64,000 bases of DNA, taken from the IMG/VR virus record IMGVR_UViG_3300032250_000449, positions 29,053 through 93,052 of that record. The stretch is one strand, 5' to 3'. This stretch comes from a virus (lineage: Duplodnaviria > Caudoviricetes). Under the pieces are notes generated by a model. It was not told the origin of the DNA. It worked only from the letters and a program-made list of their open reading frames with translations, and ran no database searches. The position numbers and the translations under genes are program-made. Shown here in pieces: positions 29,101-39,500 of the stretch. Each line of letters opens with the position of its first letter. The stretch's first letter is position 1.

Positions 29101-29621
29101 GGAGCTTGAACAGGAACGTCTGGATCAGCATAAAAATTACCATAGTATTCAGCTTGCCAATAGAAGGTATCGCTCAAGTATAATTTGAGTGTGTTGCCAT
29201 TATCAGTGTCTGTTAGTGTTAAACCATCAACACCATCAACACCCTCGGGTCTAGCTAAAGTGAGTTGTGCGCCGTCTGTTGTTGTTATTTTAATTTTATC
29301 AGTCATGTCTGGGTTTAGACTAATATAAAATGAAGTTCTTGTATAATATATTTTGCCTTCATAATTGACACCGGGAGTAAACGGTGTTATACGAAGAAGT
29401 CGTCTATCGGCTTGTGTTACAGCCTCAATCGCTGTTGGTCTACGAATAACTGGTGGTTGAAGAGGTTCCCATGCTAAACCGTCAGAAATATAAACAGCAT
29501 TATCATCAGCAAAAGCCAACGATCCTTTATACAATGTTGCATCAATAATGTCTAGGTTGGCTGTTAATCCAGAGCCAATGAACTTTTCTTTGCCTGACCC
29601 ATATTTTAAACCACTATTCAT
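26178..29621 (-). CDS. BspA/DUF285 (PARCEL-like) repeat protein with Ig/PKD-like domain, putative adhesin
   Basis: TIDWGDG...HTY...G.Y PKD-like motif followed by roughly two dozen 25-aa repeats FNxxIxxWNTSxVTxMxxMF. Confidence 0.85.
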   Translation of the reverse strand: MNSGLKYGSGKEKFIGSGLTANLDIIDATLYKGSLAFADDNAVYISDGLAWEPLQPPVIRRPTAIEAVTQADRRLLRITPFTPGVNYEGKIYYTRTSFYISLNPDMTDKIKITTTDGAQLTLARPEGVDGVDGLTLTDTDNGNTLKLYLSDTFYWQAEYYGNFYADPDVPVQAPLTDLPTEPSAKSKAQKQVFTDYLIDTPSSATLIGAEATRVTLSDFSSPFGLSFGSSLSNYAEFQIYEFDNDMMKKSGTNLTPNNFFSVTNLNLDPNIMYEWEGRYVLPGVASSKYSEKSQFKIPYPNLVLYIDTNLNPTTDPSYEKKFYVTINGTNGTTATIDWGDGNIEIVSNNGTLISHDHTYEEHGIYKIEVSGSITHFGTSTSIVSGLTENLANSQIMIVNCQSFGANVNITNLSGAFRNCINLQDVPAYLPVNVTSLWSMFSGANSFNSPSVRDWDVSKVTDISAIFQNCTLFNQDISKWDTRSLNWIPSAFQNARNFNANISFWNTSSINQSMSSTFEGATSFNKDLNRWDTSSVPSFISTFRNATLFNGNVSTWNTSSATSLQQMFDGATNFNGNISTWNTSRVTNMFATFQNTLKFNQNISTWNTSRVTNMGQTFNLANSFNQNLNLWNTGNVTSMFATFQNAKLFTGDISSWNTSSVTNMSQMFYGASKYNQDLDLWNTGNVTNMSTMFRDATVFNGNVSTWNTSKVTSMSNMFLNATRANSSLSWNTGNVTSMFQMFSGASSFNGNLYFTDTSKVTDMSFMFQNAIKFNQNLDSWNTGNVTTMSSMFYGTTSSIPTTFNGNVSTWNTSKVTDMQSMFRNARTFNQNLNSWNTSNVTSMGSMFSSAWAFDQGINTWDVSKVTDISSMFNSARAFNQNLNSWNTGNVTNMSTTFQNAQLFSGNISTWNTSKVTNMQNMFSGTNSSGLNSIAPKIGNLNLSNWNTSNVTSMLLMFFNNTTFSGNISTWNTSKVTNMQNMFRNNYQFNGNISNWNTSSVVDMSSMFQGANTFNQNVAAWNVSNVSTFASMFQGQSTIIPNEFNQDISSWTLKVSSTSVKMGSIFTNSKMSNTNISRLLISFANKASLAGNQPSVEFGGMSDKFFKNTYSTADFGGPYNLTYDAKTYLIDQVEGAKWVPFTINSDNTP
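26430..28330. repeat. ~75-nt in-frame DUF285-type tandem repeats
   Basis: Recurrent gtaactttagatgtattccatgttgata and ttacattaccagtgttcca blocks; boundaries approximate. Confidence 0.85.
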
Positions 29622-29622
29622 A

Positions 29623-30063
29623 TTATCTTACCTCTGTATATGATTCACGTTGATTTATAATAAACGAAAAATGCACTACTGCATCATTTGATGTTGTTAG
29701 ATTGCTTGCACATGAAACCTGTAACTTTTCACCAGATAAAAGAACTTGTCTATCTAGACCAATAAAAATAAAATCGTTCACAGGAACTGGTGCTTTATTA
29801 ACTACATAATATTCGCCTCCATCTATTCCTATAATTCTAACAGAAGCCGTAATATCATTCTCTTTAATATTTGATATTGTAAGACCGGTCATAATTGCTG
29901 CTGTATTGATTGTGTATTGTGCTTTTAATGCAGTGGCTGGTACTACGTACTTAGGAACGTCCAAAATAGTAAAAAAGCTGTTTCCTTGAAGCTGAACACG
30001 ATTTACTTCAAATAAGTTTAGTGGTGGGTTCGATGTAACGATTGTATTGCTTGTAACTGACAA
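29623..30063 (-). CDS. Small beta-sandwich-like virion protein (paralog of 22382-22846)
   Basis: FFTILDVPKYVVP...AIMTGLTISN...VLLSGEKLQVSC; TTG start. Confidence 0.6.
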   Translation of the reverse strand: MSVTSNTIVTSNPPLNLFEVNRVQLQGNSFFTILDVPKYVVPATALKAQYTINTAAIMTGLTISNIKENDITASVRIIGIDGGEYYVVNKAPVPVNDFIFIGLDRQVLLSGEKLQVSCASNLTTSNDAVVHFSFIINQRESYTEVR

Positions 30064-30064
30064 A

Positions 30065-32284
30065 TTAGCCTCCTACGCCAATAATTAATGGTAGTGTGAT
30101 ATTCTGAACGCCTCTAGAAAATGCTTGACCTTCAATTGTACTGCGCTCAAAGTCAACTCTTAAGTCTTTACCTAGATATGTATCTCCTCGCTCTGTGGAG
30201 AAGGTAGCATAGATAAGACCACCACCGTTTGAATATAGATTTGTTGTTGGGTCTGGTGCCACACCAGTAGCTCTTTGGCCATATGGTAGAGCATTATAAT
30301 TAATACCAGAACCAGCATATGAAAACTGTTGAGATGTGGCTTCAATTCTTGATTCGAAAGGAATTGTATATGTCTCAGGGGTTGACACGACATTACTAAT
30401 AAGACTAAACAATTCATTAATCATATTGTTTGCACGAGTACCAGCATTAATCTGTGTATTTGCAGTGATGCCTCTAAGTGTATCCCTCACTATGTCCCAT
30501 GAATATAGAAAATATGGTTTTAGTGATGAAGCAAATACGTAGTCTGGTGGTGTTGGCGCTGTTGCTACAGAAAGTATGGTTGTATTTGTTGATGGCGATA
30601 AATTTTCGTTTAAATTATAGCCAACAGCAAATGTTCCTTTTGAATATTGAACAATTATAGTGTTTGTATTGCTGTTAACACTGTATACTATACCATTAGC
30701 AACATAACTATGCGTAGTATTGCTACTATAAACAAAATTTTCTACATCAAACCCTGCGGTATCCTCAACTTGAATTGAATATCTAACATCAGCAGATGGT
30801 CCAATTGAATTGGCTGTAAATAGACCATATGTGAAAAATCTTGCGCCCTGATCTTTACCGGATTTAATGTCATCAGCAAGCTCAGTTAATAGTGTAGTCG
30901 TGTCTCTAGCAGTTAATGTGAGATATGTAGGATTTGAAGAAATGGTTGTCCATCCATCAATTGCCTCATATTTTGTCATCAACGACGAAACAATTGTTGA
31001 TATATTATTTGAAATGTAATTTGCTAGGTTTGAAGATACGCTAAGGTTCTGAGCGTTTGCTACTCCATCGATCTTGACAGCATATCTAAATCCTGTAGAA
31101 ACGAATGCATAGTCACCGAATGTGCTATTTGAGTTTGTTGTTGTAATCTGACCACCAGCATGTGCCCAAACACCAACTCTTGACCAGTTAGTAAATATAG
31201 AAACTAGCTGAACAAGAGCATCGTTTACTACTGCATAACCAACCCCGTTTGGATTGACCGCAGTGAATGAGTCAACAACAACCGATCTTAATGGTGAATC
31301 TGGGTCTAATACAGCACCATCAGCATATAGATTGCCCCCACCAAATGGGCATAGCGGATTTCCTGCCTCACGATCAATAGGTAGTGACATTTGCTCGTAT
31401 GTGAAATCATGAATTTGTGTACTATCTGCAATATACGGAGAACGAGTGATATATTCGCCCGGTTTAAATGCGAAAGCATAACCATACTTTGGTGGACCGC
31501 CCTCTATAGTGAATGGCTCGTGTTGTAATCCCTTGAAGGTAAAACCACGAACTTTTACACCACTTGATAGAAGGAACATATTGTTTGGTGATGTAGTTTG
31601 GTTCCACGAAGGATAAAGCGTAGTCACACGAACGTCATAACCATATAGAGCACAGTTTCTAGGAACCACCGTATTTGGGCCGACTGAGTATTCGCCGGGA
31701 TGAACAATAACTACGCATGGATTACCATCAGCAGCGGCAGCTTCAAGAGCAGCGCCTACTGTGGCCTTTGCTTTGTAAACGCTTTTACCATTATTACTAT
31801 CAGAACCAGACATTGTAACATAGAAAGTACGAGCGATATCTTTCTTAGGAACGATTTGTGTTAAAAGTGACTGAATTATACCAGTGTTTGACCATGATCC
31901 TGTACCAGAACCACCAACCTTAAGATAAAAATCATTGTTTAATACAACAGGGTCGCCATAAACAAGAGCAAGTGTGTTTGCATTATAACTAAGATTTGCA
32001 TTAAGAACTGCGGTATTGGCAGCAAATATATCAACCTTTCCAAGACCAGCAGCAGAAAGAACGTCAATAGCCTCTTCAAGACCATTAACGTTTGGAATGT
32101 CCATATTACCTATAACAATTTTACCAATCTTGTCAACCGCAAACTTACTAAACCCTTCAATTTGAAGATCAATAAGTCTTGAGTTGATTGCAGAGTTGAT
32201 ATCTGCTACATTCATCTTAATGGCAGAATACTGAAGAATGTTATCATTCCATGTATCCGTCATATTATAAATTTTGCTTGACAC
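30065..32284 (-). CDS. Tailspike-like beta-helix protein (paralog of 22849-24483)
   Basis: FYVTMSGSDSNNG...ATVGAAL...VHPGEY, ITRSPYI, GGQI...NSNSTFGDY; GTG start. Confidence 0.7.
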   Translation of the reverse strand: MSSKIYNMTDTWNDNILQYSAIKMNVADINSAINSRLIDLQIEGFSKFAVDKIGKIVIGNMDIPNVNGLEEAIDVLSAAGLGKVDIFAANTAVLNANLSYNANTLALVYGDPVVLNNDFYLKVGGSGTGSWSNTGIIQSLLTQIVPKKDIARTFYVTMSGSDSNNGKSVYKAKATVGAALEAAAADGNPCVVIVHPGEYSVGPNTVVPRNCALYGYDVRVTTLYPSWNQTTSPNNMFLLSSGVKVRGFTFKGLQHEPFTIEGGPPKYGYAFAFKPGEYITRSPYIADSTQIHDFTYEQMSLPIDREAGNPLCPFGGGNLYADGAVLDPDSPLRSVVVDSFTAVNPNGVGYAVVNDALVQLVSIFTNWSRVGVWAHAGGQITTTNSNSTFGDYAFVSTGFRYAVKIDGVANAQNLSVSSNLANYISNNISTIVSSLMTKYEAIDGWTTISSNPTYLTLTARDTTTLLTELADDIKSGKDQGARFFTYGLFTANSIGPSADVRYSIQVEDTAGFDVENFVYSSNTTHSYVANGIVYSVNSNTNTIIVQYSKGTFAVGYNLNENLSPSTNTTILSVATAPTPPDYVFASSLKPYFLYSWDIVRDTLRGITANTQINAGTRANNMINELFSLISNVVSTPETYTIPFESRIEATSQQFSYAGSGINYNALPYGQRATGVAPDPTTNLYSNGGGLIYATFSTERGDTYLGKDLRVDFERSTIEGQAFSRGVQNITLPLIIGVGG

Positions 32285-32330
32285 TCGTTTTCCCTTTTAT
32301 TTGTATTCTTTATTTATCAAATTTATTTAA

Positions 32331-33701
32331 TTAATTTCCAACAACAAACCAATAATGATTACGTGCAGTGCCATCATTATAAATTGTAAATCCTGTATTG
32401 GTTAAACCGGAAACAGCAGAAGAACCCTGTGGAGAGCCACTACCAGTTGTCGTATCTTGATGTGTTAGTTGCACATTCCAAACATTAGTAAACAAAGCAG
32501 AGGGGAATGTAATAGAAGCAGAAGAGTCTGATCCAACAAAAGCTGTACCCCATGCCATAATTATTCCATTTGGTAGTTTTGTATATCCACCATTTGATAC
32601 TGCGCTTGTTGTGAAATCAGATGATGTTAAGAATTTACTTGAACCAGAGTAAATAGTACCATTACTATTAAGCGCAATTTTACCAGTACCGCCTTTACTT
32701 GCCGAATAAATTTTTATGCCGTTTGTGAAACGCATAGAGGCATAACCATCATTTAGATCGGCAATATCACCAGCGTCAGAAATACTGATTCCGCCACCAA
32801 GAGCATTTGCAGTAGATATCGAAAGATTACCAGTCAATGAAGCAGTTGCTGCGGCAAAAGAACCTGTAGTAGAAGAATCACCAGACCATGACCATTCACC
32901 AGTACTATCTACTGTAACAGTTCCATAAACTGTCGATCCAAGATAATCAGTTACTCTTAATTTTGCATTACCGCCATCAGCAGCACGAAGATTTATACCG
33001 CCCCTAGTACCAGAGGCAGGAGTAATAGATTCAATGTAACCGGGTGTGCGGAAAACATTTTCGTTCAAAACAAAAACCGTATCTCCTGTTATCGAATATG
33101 ATGTGCCAGTGATTGCAGTAAATTTACCAACATTTGGAGTAGTTGTACCAATACCAGCGGGCGCTTCCCATGTTTTTGAATTTAATTTTGCTGTATTAGC
33201 AGAAGTAAGTGTTGCAATATATGCCGAATCAACAGCGACACCAGCAGAACTAACCTTTATACCATCGCTTGGTTTTACAGTCAATGAACCAGAAGAAGTT
33301 ATATCACCATTAAGACCATTACCACCCTGAACTCTTGTAACTGTACCAAGACCAGCATTAGTCCAATACAAATATCCACCAGTACCAATCGCTAAAATTT
33401 GTCCTGCCACACCAATTCTATTGTTAGCAACAATTCTTGTAGTAGGACCAAAAATAAATGTTGTGCTGTTTGCAGAAATACAATTTGCAACTTGGAATGT
33501 ATTCGATGTGAATACATTGTTTGTGCTAAACCTGCCGTGAAGAGTAGCATTACGAGGACTTGTAGTTGATCCAGTGATGCCACTAGTACTATTAGCAGTC
33601 ATAATCTCATTAGACAATGATTCAAAAAGTTGATTGGTGCGAGTTACCCACGAACCAAAGGTGTCTACTTGAATATCAACATTGGCAATTTGTCTAGCCA
33701 T
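32331..33701 (-). CDS. Baseplate-attached tail fibre (short-fibre-like)
   Basis: N-terminal DTFGSWVTRTNQL anchor-like motif; C-terminal GYTKLPNGIIMAWG...ITFP...YWFVVGN fibre-tip domain. Confidence 0.7.
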   Translation of the reverse strand: MARQIANVDIQVDTFGSWVTRTNQLFESLSNEIMTANSTSGITGSTTSPRNATLHGRFSTNNVFTSNTFQVANCISANSTTFIFGPTTRIVANNRIGVAGQILAIGTGGYLYWTNAGLGTVTRVQGGNGLNGDITSSGSLTVKPSDGIKVSSAGVAVDSAYIATLTSANTAKLNSKTWEAPAGIGTTTPNVGKFTAITGTSYSITGDTVFVLNENVFRTPGYIESITPASGTRGGINLRAADGGNAKLRVTDYLGSTVYGTVTVDSTGEWSWSGDSSTTGSFAAATASLTGNLSISTANALGGGISISDAGDIADLNDGYASMRFTNGIKIYSASKGGTGKIALNSNGTIYSGSSKFLTSSDFTTSAVSNGGYTKLPNGIIMAWGTAFVGSDSSASITFPSALFTNVWNVQLTHQDTTTGSGSPQGSSAVSGLTNTGFTIYNDGTARNHYWFVVGN

Positions 33702-33888
33702 AATTTTTCCCGTTTAATACTTGATTAAGTAAATTTTTGATTTCTTTAAGTTCACATTCTAGGCAATTCATTTTATTCTGAAGGCTATCTGCTTTCTTCT
33801 TTTCTTCACGTTTTGCCAAAATCATTTTATAATAGTTGTCATCATTATTTATAATAGCACCAGTGCTATCATCTCGTATAAATGTCAT
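33694..33888 (-). CDS. Small coiled-coil virion protein
   Basis: RDDSTGAIIN...ELKEIKNLL, typical of the small gene after the VrlC-like gene in T4-like phages. Confidence 0.7.
   Translation of the reverse strand: MTFIRDDSTGAIINNDDNYYKMILAKREEKKKADSLQNKMNCLECELKEIKNLLNQVLNGKNYG
33846..33853 (-). promoter_or_regulatory. Late promoter TATAAATA (inside 64-aa gene, upstream of fibre gene)
   Basis: Exact consensus 145 nt upstream of the 456-aa ORF. Confidence 0.6.
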
Positions 33889-36515
33889 GCTGACACACCT
33901 ATTACTTGAATTTGATCTATCTTTGGTATAACATATGTTGAATCTGAAAGGAATACAATTTTAATTTGCATAGAATCAAAAGTATCAACCTCAACAAGAG
34001 CTTCATTGTAATACCTTGAGATGTTGTTATTCATTGGATTGTTGAAAGCAATATTTGGATATTTAGCTTTGGCAACCGACATACCGTCACTTACAACACT
34101 ATTACTTGAAATTGGAGAGCCTAGTGTAATAAATGTTGCACCAACTTCCTTAGCAACGGCAATTGTATAATTCTGTGGAAAAATTGAACTATAAATTTTA
34201 ATAACATCGTTGTTGGAGAGATATGACTGTGGATTAACGTTAGCTGCTGCTACATTCGTATTAGCATATACTGTTTTAAACACACCCGGAATGTCAATAG
34301 TTTCTGATGCAGTAGGAAGCCCTAATTCATACTCAATAAAATTATTAGGGTCTTCACTAGAACTATATGTACTTGCGCTTGTTATATACTCTAGTGGTGT
34401 CCATGATTTATCATCAAATGGTTCTGGGTCTTGTGAGTTATGAACCTTTGCATATACTTTAATTTCTGTTCCAACTGGACGATATGCTGTCATGAATACA
34501 CGAATATCTTCAGCAAAACGATCTTTAGCAAATACTACCTTTTTGGCAATGTGACGAGCAAGAGCAGTTCCATTACCGCCAACTTCACTATCATATGCCA
34601 CTCCATTTGAAGTAAATGTATAAGTATTTGAAACCAAATTTTTGATCGAATATAGATCGATTTGGTTTCCTTCAATTGAAGGAGATGTGTAAAAGTTTGA
34701 AGCAGATGTGTTTAATTGAAGCTGTGCATCTATTTTAACAGACTTATTGTTAATAAGTAATGATGCATCATTATATAGATTATTATTCATAATTTCTTGT
34801 GAACGAGAAAGAATTTGTGCATCATATTTAGTGATGTTCTTTACTCTTATATCATTAATTTCAATCCATTCATCACGCTGTCCTGTGTAACTATATGTTC
34901 CCCCGTTGTTTTCCGCAGCAGAGAAGTTGATATCAATCTTACCAGCAGCAGAGGTTTTAACATCGCCCTTCAACTTAATTCTATCGATAGAAAGAGTATC
35001 AATAGAAACGATGTTTGCAGAAGCATTAGAATCAATACCAACGATTTTATTATTAACGTCGAAGTATATGGCATTCGCTGTTGAATAATTTAGATATAGT
35101 TTATTAGATAATTCGTCCTTATAGTATACCTTACCAACAACAGTCTTAAGATAGCTAGAACCGGTATTTGTAAATGGTGCCGCATTCTTTGTTGTCATTG
35201 ATGTGTTATTTGCTACTGTCTTTACAAAAAGAACTTCTTTCTTTGTGCCATCACCAAAAACAACAATAGGATCATTTTCAATAAACGAGGTAAATGTTGT
35301 ACCAATACCATTAATTATATTTGATCCTCTGACAACTGAAAGAACGCCGCTGTCATATGTGTTATTCTTATACACCCATTCACCACCAATAAAGTTTTTT
35401 ATACTTCCTTGAGTTGTAAAGAATTCATAGTTTGCATTTACAAAAGTCTTGGTTGCTTGGTTTGCTGTATATTGAGCAGCATTAATCTTAAACTTAAGAT
35501 CGGTATCAGATAAAGATTTAAATATATTTGAATTGTTCTTCAAGAACATCTTACCATCCTTCACGATATTGCTACCGGGTGATGGTGAGTTTGTACCAAC
35601 AAGTTTATCTCCGGTCTTGTTTACCCAGAATTCATATGAAGGATCATCGCATGAGATAACGATACCATAGAACTTTCCTGTGGCAAGCTTAACTGGTCTA
35701 TCAAAACCAAAGGTAATTGACGTAGAAGCATCACCAAATGCATATATATCATCATATTCTTTGCGTGATATTGACGATGCATAGCATTTTGAAAGAATAG
35801 GCTCATCATTTTCAACATCACATATCTTTACAGTAATACCGGGTTTTTTATTACCAGAAATATTCTTTGAAGGATTTGGTTTTGCCTTGACATAAAGTTC
35901 AATAGATGTGATTGATACTTGACTAGACTTACCAACAACATCTGGATCAGCATAGAAAGTTTGAATGACATTATATTCTGGTGTAGTAAAGTAATTGGTT
36001 GCTGATGTAGAAGTGGAAGTGGAAGTTGTAACAGGAGTATTCTGTAGTGCAACTTGGCCGTCGATTGGTGTTTTTTTGAAATAAACTTGCAGTGCTTCAC
36101 GTACATACAAAGGCAAATCAATATTTACTGTAGCTTTTGAAGATTCGTCTGTATTTTTTACAGTAAGAACTTTTGGACCGGCGATCAGAGAAGCAAGTGC
36201 AGCCGCCTTTTCAACATCTGATGTTGCAATAATAGATGGCGAGAAATAAAAGGTAAAAGAAATTAAACCATAGATATTTGATAACAGACCTTCACCCAGC
36301 AGACGACTGTCTTGCTTGCACATATCAGTAACATCTACACCCTCAAGATACACTTTATGAACAGTACCGGGTTTTAAACCAAACACAAAAGCATTAATGT
36401 CCTGCTCAGAAAGAATATAGTTAGAATTTATAGGTTGTGTAGGGAACACATTAGGAATGCCATAGGCACCTAAGCTGTTTTGATAATATAGTGAGTTTAG
36501 AATATTGATAGTCAT
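33885..36515 (-). CDS. VrlC/DUF4815-like baseplate protein, C-terminal portion as separate gene
   Basis: FGLKPGT, QTFY...ITSIELY, TFGFDRPV.L, DLKFKINAAQY, RP.GT.IKVYAK, FDSMQIKIV. Confidence 0.7.
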   Translation of the reverse strand: MTINILNSLYYQNSLGAYGIPNVFPTQPINSNYILSEQDINAFVFGLKPGTVHKVYLEGVDVTDMCKQDSRLLGEGLLSNIYGLISFTFYFSPSIIATSDVEKAAALASLIAGPKVLTVKNTDESSKATVNIDLPLYVREALQVYFKKTPIDGQVALQNTPVTTSTSTSTSATNYFTTPEYNVIQTFYADPDVVGKSSQVSITSIELYVKAKPNPSKNISGNKKPGITVKICDVENDEPILSKCYASSISRKEYDDIYAFGDASTSITFGFDRPVKLATGKFYGIVISCDDPSYEFWVNKTGDKLVGTNSPSPGSNIVKDGKMFLKNNSNIFKSLSDTDLKFKINAAQYTANQATKTFVNANYEFFTTQGSIKNFIGGEWVYKNNTYDSGVLSVVRGSNIINGIGTTFTSFIENDPIVVFGDGTKKEVLFVKTVANNTSMTTKNAAPFTNTGSSYLKTVVGKVYYKDELSNKLYLNYSTANAIYFDVNNKIVGIDSNASANIVSIDTLSIDRIKLKGDVKTSAAGKIDINFSAAENNGGTYSYTGQRDEWIEINDIRVKNITKYDAQILSRSQEIMNNNLYNDASLLINNKSVKIDAQLQLNTSASNFYTSPSIEGNQIDLYSIKNLVSNTYTFTSNGVAYDSEVGGNGTALARHIAKKVVFAKDRFAEDIRVFMTAYRPVGTEIKVYAKVHNSQDPEPFDDKSWTPLEYITSASTYSSSEDPNNFIEYELGLPTASETIDIPGVFKTVYANTNVAAANVNPQSYLSNNDVIKIYSSIFPQNYTIAVAKEVGATFITLGSPISSNSVVSDGMSVAKAKYPNIAFNNPMNNNISRYYNEALVEVDTFDSMQIKIVFLSDSTYVIPKIDQIQVIGVSA

Positions 36516-36537
36516 CTCTCTAACTTAACCTTTTAAA

Positions 36538-39500
36538 TTAAACATTTTGATTATTCTTGAACGGGAACGTATAACCGCCGCCAAAATAATTAGAATGGGA
36601 TTGAATATAGTTTATATATGGGTCTCGTACAACCATGTTAATGTCTGTGTCTGATGGATATATTAGTTTATATCCAAACGTACCTTCTTTACCACCACGC
36701 CAGAAAGCATGGTGACGTTCACCCTTATACACTCTTACCTTGTAATACTGGCCCTTGCTAGGATCGTGTGTGAATAGTATCTTGAATTGGTCCTCAAGAA
36801 AATATCCAACTGGTCCATAATTCATTCTTTCAAGCGATCCAGTATGTTCAATGTTTCTACCATCATTTAAGTTCAATTGACGAGTGATGATATCAGCATC
36901 AGTAATTGCAGCAGCACTGGCAGATGACTTAATTGATATCCATGGACCATCAGAAGTCTTACTTTGGAAGAATTCAGCAGCAACATTATTATTCTTTGAG
37001 TTAATGTAGAATTCAACAGGACCGGCCAACGAAGAGAATGTATAGAAAAATTCTTCATATACGTATGGAGAATTGTCACCATTTGCACGATTTCTTTCAT
37101 TTTGAACCACACTAACAATTGTTTGTGTTAATGTCGGAACTTGTGGTGTTGCAACAACAGGACCATCAGTAGCACGTGTTTGTCCTGTTAATAAAATTTC
37201 ATTATATGGAAGCTCTAGAGTTGAGTCAGGAGATTCTGTAATAATATTTATTTCATCTAATGGAGGAGACAAATACCCATCAACAATCGTTGCCCTATAT
37301 GCAGGGTTTGAAAGATCGGCATATTTATAGTCTTCAAAACCATCAACAAAGAAACCAAATTTAAAACGGTCTGTGCCGTCAAAGCTTGGTATCACACGCT
37401 TCTGAGCAAGTGATTCAGTAAGAGATAATGATGTATAATATTCTAGGTCTTTAATTCTCTTTTCAAGCTTACCAATCTGTTCCATGGTATAACCACGTGG
37501 CTGGCTAATAAGTCTATCACCTTCAGACAGTGTAGTCTTAATTCTGTAGTTGTCAAGACGTTTTGCTGTATATTTTTCATTTGCAATCTTAGTATCGACA
37601 AACGAAACAGTTTGTGCTGATAGTTGATATGGAACTGAAGGATATGGTGGCACACTTAGTAGATTAATAGTAAGTGCATTATCTGGTTGTGGTGGTTCAA
37701 TATTAGTACCAACTTGTCCTTTAATAATATGGAATTCATTTGTTTCGTCTATTACAACACGATCAATACGTCCCTGATAGTACTCAACAGTTGAAGTTAA
37801 CTGTGAATCTGGTGCAGGAAAAAGTTTGTTTGTTGTGTTAGCAAAACGTAGAGCAGCAGTAGGCTCTAGTGGGTTGATTGGTGCCAAGCTTGGTGATGTA
37901 TTTGGTGTAGCGGTTTTGTTTGAGTATGGACGGAAATCAAACTGATCACGTAGATCATAATAAGCACCTCTATTGCCATACACTTCAGGTATTTCTAGAG
38001 TATTAATTGTTGATGACGATTCACCAAGGGAAATGCCATCATTGATTAGATATGTACCAGACGCACCACCAACTTTCACACCTTCACTTGTTACTGAGAA
38101 GTAATCAACAGAGGTTAAAAGAACATCGTCACTAGCAATTGATAATCCTGAGTTTGGTTTTTTAACTAGATATGAAATGCCATAAAAATCTTCGTTCTGA
38201 TTATGATCAACGTAGAAGTGTTGTGTTACATCTTCAGCAATTGCATGAGTTGGAACATAAGTTGTATTAGCATTTGCTTTATACACTTTATTGAGACGGA
38301 ATACATCAGGAACGCCTAATGCCCATGGGCCAGTATTAGCAGCAACATTTGTGTTTGCATCTAAACGAACATACTTATTTCTATTAACAGTCTTAGCAAC
38401 CGCTGTCGCTGATGATTTAACATTATATGAAACGGCAGCTTGAACTTCAACGTTTGTTGTCATGTTCATTGTAACTGTTAGTAGTTGGTTTGATCCACTC
38501 ACAACCATTGTTCTATCAGAACGATTGAACGAGATTGGAACGTTCTTAGGGAACATTAAAGTATACGTTCCACCGGTTATATCAGTAGCTGCATTTGATG
38601 ATAGAAATAGTTGTGTAGCATTAGCAACATAACTAACTTGACCAATGTAGTTCGACCCTGAAGTTAGAAAATCACCGGCATTAATTTGATTTACAAAATT
38701 TGTTGAAGAACCATTGATAACATTTGATGTTGTAACTGATGTTATAGTTCCTGCAAGATTAGTTCCACGTCTAAATGATGCAAGAGGAGTAACAATAACA
38801 TCTCTTTCTTGAACACTGTTAAGTGTACCAGTATAAGGAAAAGTACCATCAGCTAATGATATAGCCATTTGACCAGTTGTAGCTAAAGTTTGTGTATCGG
38901 CTGTACGACGAATATATGAAACGTTGTTTGCTTTCTTCACGGCTGGATTGCCAGCATAGAAGATAAGCGAAGAAGTGTCATTATCCTTAAGAACAGCCTT
39001 TCCGTTCTCTAGAACGATATCAGCAATACCCTTATTTGTCCCATCATAGAAGATTGAACGTATATCTGAGAAGTTTGTACCAACAGTTAGATTGATATCA
39101 AAAAGGTATACTCTATATGTACCAGAAGCACTTCCTATTGTACCAGAATCATAAACTACAGAGCGAATACGTGCAGTACCAACAGCAGTATCAGGAGCAG
39201 AAGGAACAGAACCAACACGACCGACGCCACCATTATAGGTATAATATTGATATGCTGTTTTATGTAGTGTTACAAGATCGCCATTATTAAATTGGAAATT
39301 TCCTGAAAATTCATTAACAGTGATATAGTTACCATAGTTAAGTGATATTGTTGCAGGATTTGCAACATAATAATCGGTTCCTTTATCAACGCTAATTTCA
39401 TAGTTGTTATTTGTTGATACACGCTTACCATTAATATATGCAACACCCGGATCAATATATGCATTAAATTGAGTTGCTTCAGACGCAAGGGTGCTTGGAG

